Shown here: positions 29,798 through 38,490 of the stretch, piece by piece
Position numbering within the stretch: position 1 is the stretch's first letter
Layout: each line of letters begins with the position of its first letter
Source of the DNA: Candidatus Dojkabacteria bacterium
Lineage (GTDB): Bacteria > Patescibacteriota > Dojkabacteria > J137
DNA: 64,000 bases
Reading direction: 5' to 3'
Assembly: GCA_025999215.1 (NCBI GenBank)
Contig: AP024679.1
Location: 433,082-497,081, forward strand
Made by a program: the position numbers and the translations under genes
Notes under the pieces: generated by a model
Database searches by the model: none
Told to the model about the DNA's origin: nothing
What the model saw: the letters and a program-made list of their open reading frames with translations, nothing else

Positions 29798-29886
29798 ATA
29801 GATATACTATCACTATTTTTATAAAGTTTCTAATTTTTTGATTTTTTCTTTTTTGTCTAAAATTTAGTTTTAGTTTAAAATGAGTT

Positions 29887-31074
29887 ATGGCTAATTCGTT
29901 ATATAAAACAACAGCAAATGCTAGAAAAATTTTGTTTGCTTTTTTAGTATTTTCTTTGCTAATTGTTGTTAATGATTTTTACCAAAGTTTGTCAAAAACT
30001 CAAACAGATTTTGGTTTGAATTCTCAAAGAAGGTTTTATATGTCTACTAAGTTTTTTGATTTTTTAGATGATATTCCACCAGTTCCTGATATTCCAGGTA
30101 TTCCTCGTGATACAAATGATTCTCTAACTTATTCTGTTGAAGGAGTTTTTTCCGAATTTCCTGATATTTCTTATGTTTATACAATTGAAGAGCCAGCTGA
30201 AAAACTTCTCACATTTCAAAATGCACAAAATATTGCAAGTGAGCTTGGATTTAACTCAGAAAATTTTTCTGAAAGTGGCCAGTCTCAGGTTGTGTGGTCT
30301 AAAGATAATGGCGCTACAACTTTAACATTCGATAGGGTTTTACAGACATGGAATATGAAAACCGATTTGACAAACAATCCTCGATTTAATCCTGTTCAAA
30401 AAATTGTACAAAATCGTTTGAATAATTTATCTCTCACTTTGCTTAGTCGTATTAGGTTAAATGGAGGGAAGGGTTTTAATAATGGTTTATCTGAAAATAT
30501 TTTTTTAAAAAGGGAGGCAAATGGTGATTTGGTTGAAGTTACAGATTCAAATCAAGCACAGCTTATATTGTCAAATGCTTATAGAATACTACCTTTGGCT
30601 GATCTGAAACCACAGAGCGAACAGCCGGAACTATTACCTGGTGAAGTAAGACCTCGACCAGTTTCGGCAAAGGTTTATACTTCTGATCCTTTTCGTGGTT
30701 CTGCAAATTTTTTAACCAAGGGAAGTGAACCTGAAGATGACATTTACGAATTTTCTTTCATTAATTGGGAGTATGGTGTTGATGTAGGAGCTTATCCAAT
30801 TATCACTCCACAAGAAGCGTGGAATAATGTTCAGCAAGGTCAGGGAAGTTTGGTGTTTATAAGGCAACAAGGAGATAGTAGAATTGGTGGAAGAGATCCT
30901 TTAAATGTGAGAAGGTATGTTTTAGAAGCAGACAAAACAGAAATAGCTTTTTATGAACCTAGTGAGTGGAATGGTTTTGTTACTCCAGTTTATATATTTA
31001 GAGGAAGAGCTGAACTAGAGAACGGAAGGCAAGCAAGTTTTATATTTTATATTGATGCTCTTAAAAGATTATGA
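29887..31074 (+). CDS. Hypothetical TM-anchored extracellular protein, first gene of a three- or four-gene plus-strand run
   Basis: N-terminal TM helix (ILFAFLVFSLLIVVN). Overlaps the next gene by 4 nt (ATGA). No family recognised. Confidence 0.55.
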   Translation: MANSLYKTTANARKILFAFLVFSLLIVVNDFYQSLSKTQTDFGLNSQRRFYMSTKFFDFLDDIPPVPDIPGIPRDTNDSLTYSVEGVFSEFPDISYVYTIEEPAEKLLTFQNAQNIASELGFNSENFSESGQSQVVWSKDNGATTLTFDRVLQTWNMKTDLTNNPRFNPVQKIVQNRLNNLSLTLLSRIRLNGGKGFNNGLSENIFLKREANGDLVEVTDSNQAQLILSNAYRILPLADLKPQSEQPELLPGEVRPRPVSAKVYTSDPFRGSANFLTKGSEPEDDIYEFSFINWEYGVDVGAYPIITPQEAWNNVQQGQGSLVFIRQQGDSRIGGRDPLNVRRYVLEADKTEIAFYEPSEWNGFVTPVYIFRGRAELENGRQASFIFYIDALKRL

Positions 31075-32270
31075 AAAAATTACTAATAAGTCTAACAGTT
31101 TTAATGATTTTTTTTCAATTTATAAATTTTAATTCATACGCGTCGGGTTCATCAGACGCTGCTTGTAGTGATCCTGAGGTTAGAATAGGTAGAATAGCAT
31201 TTTTAACTGCTCTTGCAACTGAAATAATTAATAACCCGGGTATTGTGACTTATCTTAAGGAAGCAGTAGATAACCAATATGATGGTAATAGCTCTAATGA
31301 TTATTTTACTGGGCATTCACTAGATTATCAAGGAACTTTTTGTGAGGATAATGGTAAAGTATACTTGTTATGTACAGCAATGGATGGAAAGGTTTGTGTA
31401 AATAGATATTGGCATTTGTCAAGAGAAGAAGCTGATAACTTAGCAAAATCTGAAAATGATAGTACTTACGATGATGAAAAAGGACCTAGATTTGCAAATA
31501 CTTTAATTCCTGAAGAACAATATGATAATGAACTTTATCGTTGTGGTCAATTTTTAGAAAGTGACTTAAACTATGAACAACAAGATTTAGTTTATAGTGA
31601 ATATAATTTGTTTTATGTTCTGCGCAATCTTTATTTAGATTTTTTTTCTTCAATAAGCGTCACTGATGATGATCGTGATCAAGTTGATAGAAGTATTGCA
31701 GATATTTATGACACTTATAACCCTAAAGATATTGATGATCAGTATTTTTTTTCAACGGCACCGTATTCGGATTGGTTTGATATAAATTGGAATAGGCTTT
31801 ACAGTTGTGTTAATAGTGGGGTAACACAAGGGGACTTTTTCTATATTGATCGTGAAAAAGCAGATTCGGAATATAGACTTATTAATGACAACAATAACAA
31901 TAATAATAATAGTAACATAATTAGCAGTAAATGTAATGGAATAGATTGTTGTGCAGAAAATGATCAGCAATGTAGAAGTTGTGTAGGAGCTGGAGGAGTA
32001 TGGACGGCTGTTGGGTGTATAGATCCAAGTCCGGTTGGCGTGTTAACAAGGCTTGTGCAGTTAGGATTGGGAATAATGGGAGGAGTTGCGCTGATTCAAA
32101 TAATATATGCGGGCATAATGTACCAATCAGGAAATGAAGAGAAAATAAGGAAAGCAAGAGAGCAATTATTGGCAACGCTAACAGGGCTAGCGGTATTGGT
32201 GTTTAGCGTATTGATAGTACAAATATTAGGAGTTAATTTACTTGATACAGTACCAGCTGGTTTATTGTAA
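31071..32270 (+). CDS. Ectodomain fused to a VirB2/TrbC-like (T4SS-pilin-like) two-helix C-terminal module, paralog A
   Basis: Signal peptide and an N-terminal domain of about 290 aa. The Cys-rich knot is CNGIDCCAENDQQCRSC. It is followed by VGVLTRLVQLGLGIMGGVALIQIIYAGIMYQSGNEEKIRKAREQLLATLTGLAVLVFSVLIVQILG, i.e. helix, charged loop, helix, as in TrbC/VirB2-type pilins. Confidence 0.6.
   Translation: MKKLLISLTVLMIFFQFINFNSYASGSSDAACSDPEVRIGRIAFLTALATEIINNPGIVTYLKEAVDNQYDGNSSNDYFTGHSLDYQGTFCEDNGKVYLLCTAMDGKVCVNRYWHLSREEADNLAKSENDSTYDDEKGPRFANTLIPEEQYDNELYRCGQFLESDLNYEQQDLVYSEYNLFYVLRNLYLDFFSSISVTDDDRDQVDRSIADIYDTYNPKDIDDQYFFSTAPYSDWFDINWNRLYSCVNSGVTQGDFFYIDREKADSEYRLINDNNNNNNNSNIISSKCNGIDCCAENDQQCRSCVGAGGVWTAVGCIDPSPVGVLTRLVQLGLGIMGGVALIQIIYAGIMYQSGNEEKIRKAREQLLATLTGLAVLVFSVLIVQILGVNLLDTVPAGLL
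31938..32270 (+). repeat. Shared 3' module of the paralog pair (copy A)
   Basis: Homologous to 33168-33497. Positions 31992-32110 are identical to 33219-33337 (119 bp); the remainder differs mostly at synonymous sites. Confidence 0.9.
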
Positions 32271-32282
32271 TGTTATAGTATT

Positions 32283-33497
32283 ATGTTTGTGATACAGAAA
32301 ATATTAGGTAAAATTTTTCATAATTCAATAAATACATTCATATTCGTTTTTGTAGTAACTTTCATCTTTGTGTCGGTTTTTGGTAGTAATATCTCAGCAC
32401 AAATTTCCAATACGTGTACAATTGTGAATTATATAAACGAAAATGATATTGATTTGTTTAAAGACTTTTCTGTGTGTGATGTTGTTGTTACCAATGAAGA
32501 AAATCAGCTGATAGATGTTACACTGCCCGAATGCACTACAATAAAAGATTTACAAAACAATCAGTTTTTTTATTGTCCATATAGGGGAGGTGATGCGATA
32601 AGTTTGACTGAAACAGCAAGCTCTCAAGAAATTAGAAATGACTTAGAATCCTGTAAGGAAAAATGGAGAACAGGTCTTTTAAGTTTTGACGGTTTACCAA
32701 CAATTACAAATTTTTTACAAACGGATTCAGATATAGAAGAGTTGGTAACTTTTTTTCAGACAAATTCGGTAATTGAAATAGCAAATATTTGCTCAGTTAA
32801 TTCTGAAACAATAGTTGAAGCTGAAGATTGTCCAAGAATAGAAGGTAGTTTTTTCATGAATGATTTAGTTAGCCAAAACACTGTAGAATTATCTCTTACA
32901 GATATTTGCTTAAAAAAAACAGGCGTAACTCAAATTGATATACTCTACTCTTATGATTTGTCTTTTAATGATTTTGAGAAAACTGAAAATCCTCAAGGTA
33001 TTCTTTTAGCACGTTTTACTTTAGATCCAAGTGGTAGCGGAAAAGTGTTAAATTTACCGCTTACATCTGAAATAAATATCAACAATAGCAATCATTTAAT
33101 TGTATGGGTCAAGGAGGATAAGAGTCTAAATCTAAAATACTCCAAACCGAACTCTAATAATTGTCAAGGAATAGACTGTTGTGCTCCAGGAGATTTTGAA
33201 TGTAGATGTTTACAAAGTGGAGGAGTATGGACGGCTGTTGGGTGTATAGATCCAAGTCCGGTTGGCGTGTTAACAAGGCTTGTGCAGTTAGGATTGGGAA
33301 TAATGGGAGGAGTTGCGCTGATTCAAATAATATATGCAGGTATAATGTACCAATCAGGAAATGAAGAGAAAATAAGAAAAGCAAGAGAGCAGTTGTTAGC
33401 AACACTAACAGGACTTGCGGTATTGGTATTTAGTGTATTGATAGTGCAGATACTGGGAGTTAATTTACTAGATACGATTCCAGCTGGTTTATTGTAA
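32283..33497 (+). CDS. Ectodomain fused to a VirB2/TrbC-like two-helix C-terminal module, paralog B
   Basis: The N-terminal domain is unrelated to paralog A. The last roughly 110 aa are nearly identical to paralog A (CQGIDCCAPGDFECRC...GGVWTAVGCIDPSPVGVLTRLVQ...). Confidence 0.6.
   Translation: MFVIQKILGKIFHNSINTFIFVFVVTFIFVSVFGSNISAQISNTCTIVNYINENDIDLFKDFSVCDVVVTNEENQLIDVTLPECTTIKDLQNNQFFYCPYRGGDAISLTETASSQEIRNDLESCKEKWRTGLLSFDGLPTITNFLQTDSDIEELVTFFQTNSVIEIANICSVNSETIVEAEDCPRIEGSFFMNDLVSQNTVELSLTDICLKKTGVTQIDILYSYDLSFNDFEKTENPQGILLARFTLDPSGSGKVLNLPLTSEININNSNHLIVWVKEDKSLNLKYSKPNSNNCQGIDCCAPGDFECRCLQSGGVWTAVGCIDPSPVGVLTRLVQLGLGIMGGVALIQIIYAGIMYQSGNEEKIRKAREQLLATLTGLAVLVFSVLIVQILGVNLLDTIPAGLL
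33168..33497 (+). repeat. Shared 3' module of the paralog pair (copy B)
   Basis: See copy A. Confidence 0.9.
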
Positions 33498-33498
33498 T

Positions 33499-35232
33499 AT
33501 GAAATTTATAAAATTTGCACAACTTCTACAATCGCTAGAAAAAACTAAAAGCAGGAATGATATGACTAGTCTTCTGGCTGAATTTTTAGATGGTATAACG
33601 GAACAAGAGTTTGTTGTGGTTTACCTTATTCAAGGAAGATTGAAACCTAAGTTTGTAGATTTAGAATTTAATTTATCTCAAAAATTGATTCTCAAAGCTC
33701 TAGAAAATTTAGGTGATTCTAATATGCTTTTTAAAGATTTGGGAGATTGTGGTTTGGTGGCCGAAAAGCTTTGTAGTGATGCAAGTGATGATTTAGAAAT
33801 TGTTGAGGTTTATGAAAAACTTATTGAAATTGCAAACTTGAAGGGAGCGGGATCTCAAGATTCTAAAATTGAAATGTATCTTGAATTGATTAAGAATGTA
33901 AAACCTCTGAGTGCAAAATACATTACAAGAGTAATTGTGGGTAATTTGAGATTGGGTTTGAGTGATAAAACTATTTTAGATTCAATTTCTTGGCTTAAAA
34001 AAGGTGATAAGTCATTAAGATCAATTTTAGATAGAGCTTACGGCATAAGGTCAGATATTGGAGAAATTACTAAAATTACCTTATTCAATAAAGATTTTGA
34101 AAATATTCTAAACTCAATTTCACTAAAGCCTCTAACACCTGTAGCTTCAAAACTCGTTGAAAGAGCAAAAGATACAAAAGAAGTTTGGGAGCGTATGCCA
34201 AATTGTTTTGTGCAGCCCAAATTAGACGGATTAAGAGGACAAATTCACTATGATGGGAATGAAAATGTTGAAATATTTAGTAGAAATATGGAAAGGTTAA
34301 CTTTGCAATTTCCTGAAATTGTTGAGGAAATAAAACAAAATTTTAATAATTCCTTTATCTTGGATTCTGAAATAATAGGTTGGGATGAAGAAAATAAAAC
34401 TTTTTTACCCTTTCAAGAAACAATTAAACGAAAAAGGAAATATGATATTCAAAACCACCTCAAATCGATTCCTATAAAGGCAATGTGTTTTGATGTTTTG
34501 TATTTTGATGGAACTGATCTTACCCAAAAGCCACTAAATGAAAGGATAAATATTTTGTTCAAAAATTTTGGAAGTAAGAGTAGGTTTTTGGAAATTTTAG
34601 AAACAAAGCAGATAGCATCACTTGATGAACTAACCACGTATTTTGAAGAAAAAGTGTATAGTGGTTTGGAGGGAATTATCACAAAACAATTTGATTCATT
34701 TTATGAACCAGGGACAAGAAATTTTAGCTGGATAAAACTCAAAGCAAACACTGTGTCAAGTTTAGTAGACACGATTGATGTTGTGGTTTTAGGTTATTAC
34801 TACGGAAAGGGAGCTCGAGCAAAGTTTGGTGTAGGGACCTTGTTGGCAGGAGTTTATGACCCTGATAAAAATGAATATTATTCTTTAGGGAAAGTTGGTA
34901 GTGGTTTTACTGACGAAGATTTGAAAAAAATAAAATTTGATTTATGTCAAATTCAGATTTCGGAAAAACCAGATAATTTTATAGTTGATAAAAATATATA
35001 TCCGGACGTTTGGGTTGAACCTAAAATTATAATGGAAATTGTTGCTGATGAAATTACAAGGAGTAATGTACATACAGCAGGCAAAGGTTTTCGGACAAAA
35101 GTAAAAAACGATGATTTTCAAAAAGGTCTATCAATCCGATTTCCAAGGATGAAAATTTGGAATCGCCAAGATAAAGACATTCCTACAACTGTGACTGAAC
35201 TTGTCCGAATGTACGAATTAAGAAAAGGTTAG
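33499..35232 (+). CDS. lig: ATP-dependent DNA ligase (Lig1/archaeal-type)
   Basis: Motif I KLDGLRGQIH (AMP-lysine), FILDSEIIG, EGIITK and WIKLK. A DNA-binding N-domain and an OB-fold C-domain. Starts 1 nt after the paralog B stop. Confidence 0.9.
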   Translation: MKFIKFAQLLQSLEKTKSRNDMTSLLAEFLDGITEQEFVVVYLIQGRLKPKFVDLEFNLSQKLILKALENLGDSNMLFKDLGDCGLVAEKLCSDASDDLEIVEVYEKLIEIANLKGAGSQDSKIEMYLELIKNVKPLSAKYITRVIVGNLRLGLSDKTILDSISWLKKGDKSLRSILDRAYGIRSDIGEITKITLFNKDFENILNSISLKPLTPVASKLVERAKDTKEVWERMPNCFVQPKLDGLRGQIHYDGNENVEIFSRNMERLTLQFPEIVEEIKQNFNNSFILDSEIIGWDEENKTFLPFQETIKRKRKYDIQNHLKSIPIKAMCFDVLYFDGTDLTQKPLNERINILFKNFGSKSRFLEILETKQIASLDELTTYFEEKVYSGLEGIITKQFDSFYEPGTRNFSWIKLKANTVSSLVDTIDVVVLGYYYGKGARAKFGVGTLLAGVYDPDKNEYYSLGKVGSGFTDEDLKKIKFDLCQIQISEKPDNFIVDKNIYPDVWVEPKIIMEIVADEITRSNVHTAGKGFRTKVKNDDFQKGLSIRFPRMKIWNRQDKDIPTTVTELVRMYELRKG

Positions 35233-36062
35233 TTATAGAATACAAAACTTTGATGAGGTCTCCCTGGTTTAAATTCTTCTGGAACGGTTTGTTTGGTTAA
35301 TTTATCTGCGCCTGGTCTCAAATATGGATCAAGCACAAAATCTTGCAGGTTGGTACTAAAAAAGATAAAGCCATTTGTTCGAAGCAGGTTTTTTTGTATG
35401 GTTCTAATCAATTCTTTGTGATCTCTCTGAACTTGAAAAGTTTTTGATTTGTTTCTTGAAAAACTAGGAGGATCAATTATTATGATATCGTATTGTGTTT
35501 CACTTTTTATAGCTAATTCTAAGAACGAATATACATCCATGCTCCAAAATTCATTTGGAGCGAGAGTATTTAAGTTATTTAATACAAAATTTCTCTTACT
35601 CCACTCTATATAATTTGATGAGAGATCTACACTTGTTACGGATTTTGCGCCTTTGTCTGCACAGTACACACTAAATGATCCAGTGTAAGAAAAAAGATTA
35701 AGCACATCTTTTTTGTTGCAATGTTCAGACACTAGTTCCCGAGATATTCTATGATCAAGAAATAAGCCCACATCTAAATAATCTTCAAAGTTTATTTCAA
35801 ATTTAAGATCATTTTCTATGCAGTAATATGGTTTTGGAGCTGGCTGACCAGCAATTAGCTCAGTTTTGTTGAGTTTGGTATCAAATCTCCTTTTAAGATA
35901 AATTCCTTTGAGAGAATATGTATCAAGCAATTCTTGTGCAAAGTTTAGATAATTTAATTCAACATAAGCTTGAAGCACTCCGTATTCATCGTATTTATCT
36001 AGAGCCCACAAAATCTTGTTACTTTCATCTAAGTTTTGTGTTAATCTTTTACAGTTAGTCAT
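35229..36062 (-). CDS. Class I SAM-dependent methyltransferase (RlmI/RlmK-like catalytic domain, no PUA)
   Basis: VLNLFSYTGSFSVYCADKGAKSVTSVDLS and IIIDPPSFSRNK are the SAM-binding and DPPxF-type motifs of this rRNA methyltransferase group. Confidence 0.8.
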   Translation of the reverse strand: MTNCKRLTQNLDESNKILWALDKYDEYGVLQAYVELNYLNFAQELLDTYSLKGIYLKRRFDTKLNKTELIAGQPAPKPYYCIENDLKFEINFEDYLDVGLFLDHRISRELVSEHCNKKDVLNLFSYTGSFSVYCADKGAKSVTSVDLSSNYIEWSKRNFVLNNLNTLAPNEFWSMDVYSFLELAIKSETQYDIIIIDPPSFSRNKSKTFQVQRDHKELIRTIQKNLLRTNGFIFFSTNLQDFVLDPYLRPGADKLTKQTVPEEFKPGRPHQSFVFYN

Positions 36063-36134
36063 TTTTACAAAATAATTTTTTTATTTTATCATTAAGTAGG
36101 TTAAGTTTAAATTTTAAAGTTTATTGTTTGAATT

Positions 36135-36869
36135 ATGGAATTGCTAAAAGTTAGGTCTCAAATTCGCTCTATTGTTTTAGCTATTTTGGGAATAATTGCG
36201 TTTTTACTTTTTTTAAGAATTTCTTTTGAATTGGTCGAAGCAAATAGACAAAACGGAGTAGTTAGAGCGCTTTTTACGGTAACAGATTATTTAATTAATC
36301 CTTTCGAAGGATCAGTTATTTTAGATGATGATAGCGATTTAAAACCTTTTAATTTTGATGCACTATTTGCTTTAGTAACTTATGTTGTGCTTGGTTTTGT
36401 ATTTATTGATTTTGTGACTGGGTTCTTGCATGAGCGTTTAAAAGATGTTGTTAAAAATATTGTTGATGCATTATTTAAGTTAGTGGAATTTTTGTTAATT
36501 TTAAGGATTATTTTTATCTTTTTTGAAATTGGTATACCACGAAGCGCTGCAAGCGGTATTGTAAAATTTATTTATAATATTACAGATTGGAGTGATGTAG
36601 TTGATATTAAATTTGTTATTGAAAATTTAGCTTGGAGTAGCATCATAACTCTTGGGATTGTTGCTGTGTTTGATATTTTGAGTGAGCAATTAATTGATGC
36701 TTTGTTTGATTATGGCAATAAGGGCGATACTGTGATTACCAAAAAAGTAGTGAAAACAAAGACAATACCACAGCCTACCCAGCAAAACATAACCATAAAT
36801 GTTCCAGTGCCACCACCGCAGTACACTTCAGGTAATCCTTTTGGTGGTAATGCTAATAAGCCAAAGTAA
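36135..36869 (+). CDS. Membrane protein, possibly YggT-like
   Basis: Four predicted TM helices. LRISFELVEANRQNGVVRALFTVTDYLINPF resembles the YggT repeat. Pro/Gln-rich tail. Weak call. Confidence 0.45.
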   Translation: MELLKVRSQIRSIVLAILGIIAFLLFLRISFELVEANRQNGVVRALFTVTDYLINPFEGSVILDDDSDLKPFNFDALFALVTYVVLGFVFIDFVTGFLHERLKDVVKNIVDALFKLVEFLLILRIIFIFFEIGIPRSAASGIVKFIYNITDWSDVVDIKFVIENLAWSSIITLGIVAVFDILSEQLIDALFDYGNKGDTVITKKVVKTKTIPQPTQQNITINVPVPPPQYTSGNPFGGNANKPK

Positions 36870-36871
36870 TT

Positions 36872-38383
36872 TTAAAATAAATTTTTGCTTCTTAATTGGG
36901 TATGATATTTTTTAGCAAATCTGTGTGCTTCGTCTCTTATTCTTTGAATTAGGTATAAACTTTCAGAATTTTTAGGTAGAATTATTCTTTGGAATGTAGA
37001 ATCAATTTTTTTGGGATCTTGGTTGAATTGTTTTTTAATTTTAAATATTTCTTCATTTTTCTTAGCTAAACCAATTATTGGTATTTCATTATCAAGTTTA
37101 AAAATTTTTAAAACTTCATAAACTGCAGAAATTTGACCTTTTCCTCCATCAATTATTATTAAATCAGGTTTTTGAGCAAAGCTTTCATCAAATTTCCACT
37201 TTTTCATTTTGCTTGCAATTTCAGGGTTTATTTGGCTTAGTTCCACATCACTTTCAATTAATCTTTTAAATCTTCGCGCTAATACTTCTTGCAGCATTAA
37301 AAAATCATCAGGATTTTGTTTAGAACGAATCCTAAATTTTCTATAAAATTGTGGAGCTGCCTCTCCATCAATTTGCACTACCATTGAGCCCGTAGCGTTA
37401 GTTCCTTGCAGATTGCTAATATCGTAGCATTCAATTCTAAAATTAGGGTGTTTTTTTAATTTGTTAGCTGGAAAGTTGAGTTTTGAGATTAAATCATCAA
37501 TTGCATTTTTTCTAAGATTTTGTAGATGGTCTTCAACCATTATATCGTCAAAAGTCTCTTCAACGACTGTATTTTTTGTTGCATAATCAATGTCGTTTAT
37601 CATGTTTCTTATTTCTGCTGCTTTTTCAAATTCTAAATTGCGAGCGTATGTTTTCATTTGTTTTTCTAAATCATTCAAAATTTTATCTTTTTCTCCTTTG
37701 AAAAACCTTAAAATATGTTTGTATCTTTGAGTATATTCTTCTTTGGTTTCTAATCCAGCGCAAGCACCTTTACATAATCCAATGTGGTAATAAAAACAAG
37801 GTTTTTTCATATTTGTGATCACCTTTTTTGATTTGTCATCTAGTTGATAAGCAATTTTTCTGTGAGAGCAAAAAGGGAAAATTTTTCTTAGTTTTCTTAA
37901 AACTCTTTTTACTGGATAAGCATTGGGATATGGACCAAAGTAGATAGCGCCATCGGTTTCTTTTTTGCGAGTAATCGTAATTTTTGGAAAATCTTGATAT
38001 GTAGAGTTTGCGGTTGGAATTGGTTGATTCTTTTTTCGTATTTTTTCAAACCTCACAAATATGTAGTTTTTATCATCTTTCATCAGCGTGTTATATTTTG
38101 GCCTGTATTTTTTAATTAGGTTTGTTTCAAGAATAAGTGCCTCAATTTCAGTATCTACTGTGTAATAATTGATTTTTACAGCCTCATTTAACATCTGTTT
38201 AATTTTGTCTGAAAGTTTGTCATAGTTATTAAAATAACTTTGAATTCTATTTTTAAGGATTTTAGCTTTGCCTACATACAAAACTGTATCTTTTTGATCT
38301 AAATACAAATAAACTCCTGGTAGCTTGGGAGCATTTTTGACTATTTCTTGAAAATCTTTTGATTTGGTATTCAATATATCCAT
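36872..38383 (-). CDS. uvrC: Excinuclease ABC subunit C, short form lacking the C-terminal (HhH)2 domain
   Basis: GIY-YIG domain (LPGVYLYLDQKDTVLYVGKAKILKNRIQSYF), a UVR domain, and the endonuclease domain IIDGGKGQ...RDEAHRFA. The protein ends about 15 aa after RDEAHRFA. The start is taken at MDILN (38383) rather than the ORF-track start. Confidence 0.9.
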   Translation of the reverse strand: MDILNTKSKDFQEIVKNAPKLPGVYLYLDQKDTVLYVGKAKILKNRIQSYFNNYDKLSDKIKQMLNEAVKINYYTVDTEIEALILETNLIKKYRPKYNTLMKDDKNYIFVRFEKIRKKNQPIPTANSTYQDFPKITITRKKETDGAIYFGPYPNAYPVKRVLRKLRKIFPFCSHRKIAYQLDDKSKKVITNMKKPCFYYHIGLCKGACAGLETKEEYTQRYKHILRFFKGEKDKILNDLEKQMKTYARNLEFEKAAEIRNMINDIDYATKNTVVEETFDDIMVEDHLQNLRKNAIDDLISKLNFPANKLKKHPNFRIECYDISNLQGTNATGSMVVQIDGEAAPQFYRKFRIRSKQNPDDFLMLQEVLARRFKRLIESDVELSQINPEIASKMKKWKFDESFAQKPDLIIIDGGKGQISAVYEVLKIFKLDNEIPIIGLAKKNEEIFKIKKQFNQDPKKIDSTFQRIILPKNSESLYLIQRIRDEAHRFAKKYHTQLRSKNLF

Positions 38384-38389
38384 AATTAA

Positions 38390-38395
38390 ATGATA
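38390..38395 (-). promoter_or_regulatory. Extended -10 (TGCTATCAT) 6 nt upstream of the uvrC ATG
   Basis: The minus strand reads TGcTATCATttaattATG. Confidence 0.35.
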
Positions 38396-38490
38396 GCATG
38401 GCGCAATTTTTGAACCAAAAGGCAAATTTAATCAATCTGTAAATAATTTTATTTTTGTGCTAGACTTGTGAATAGTAATTTTAAACTTAC

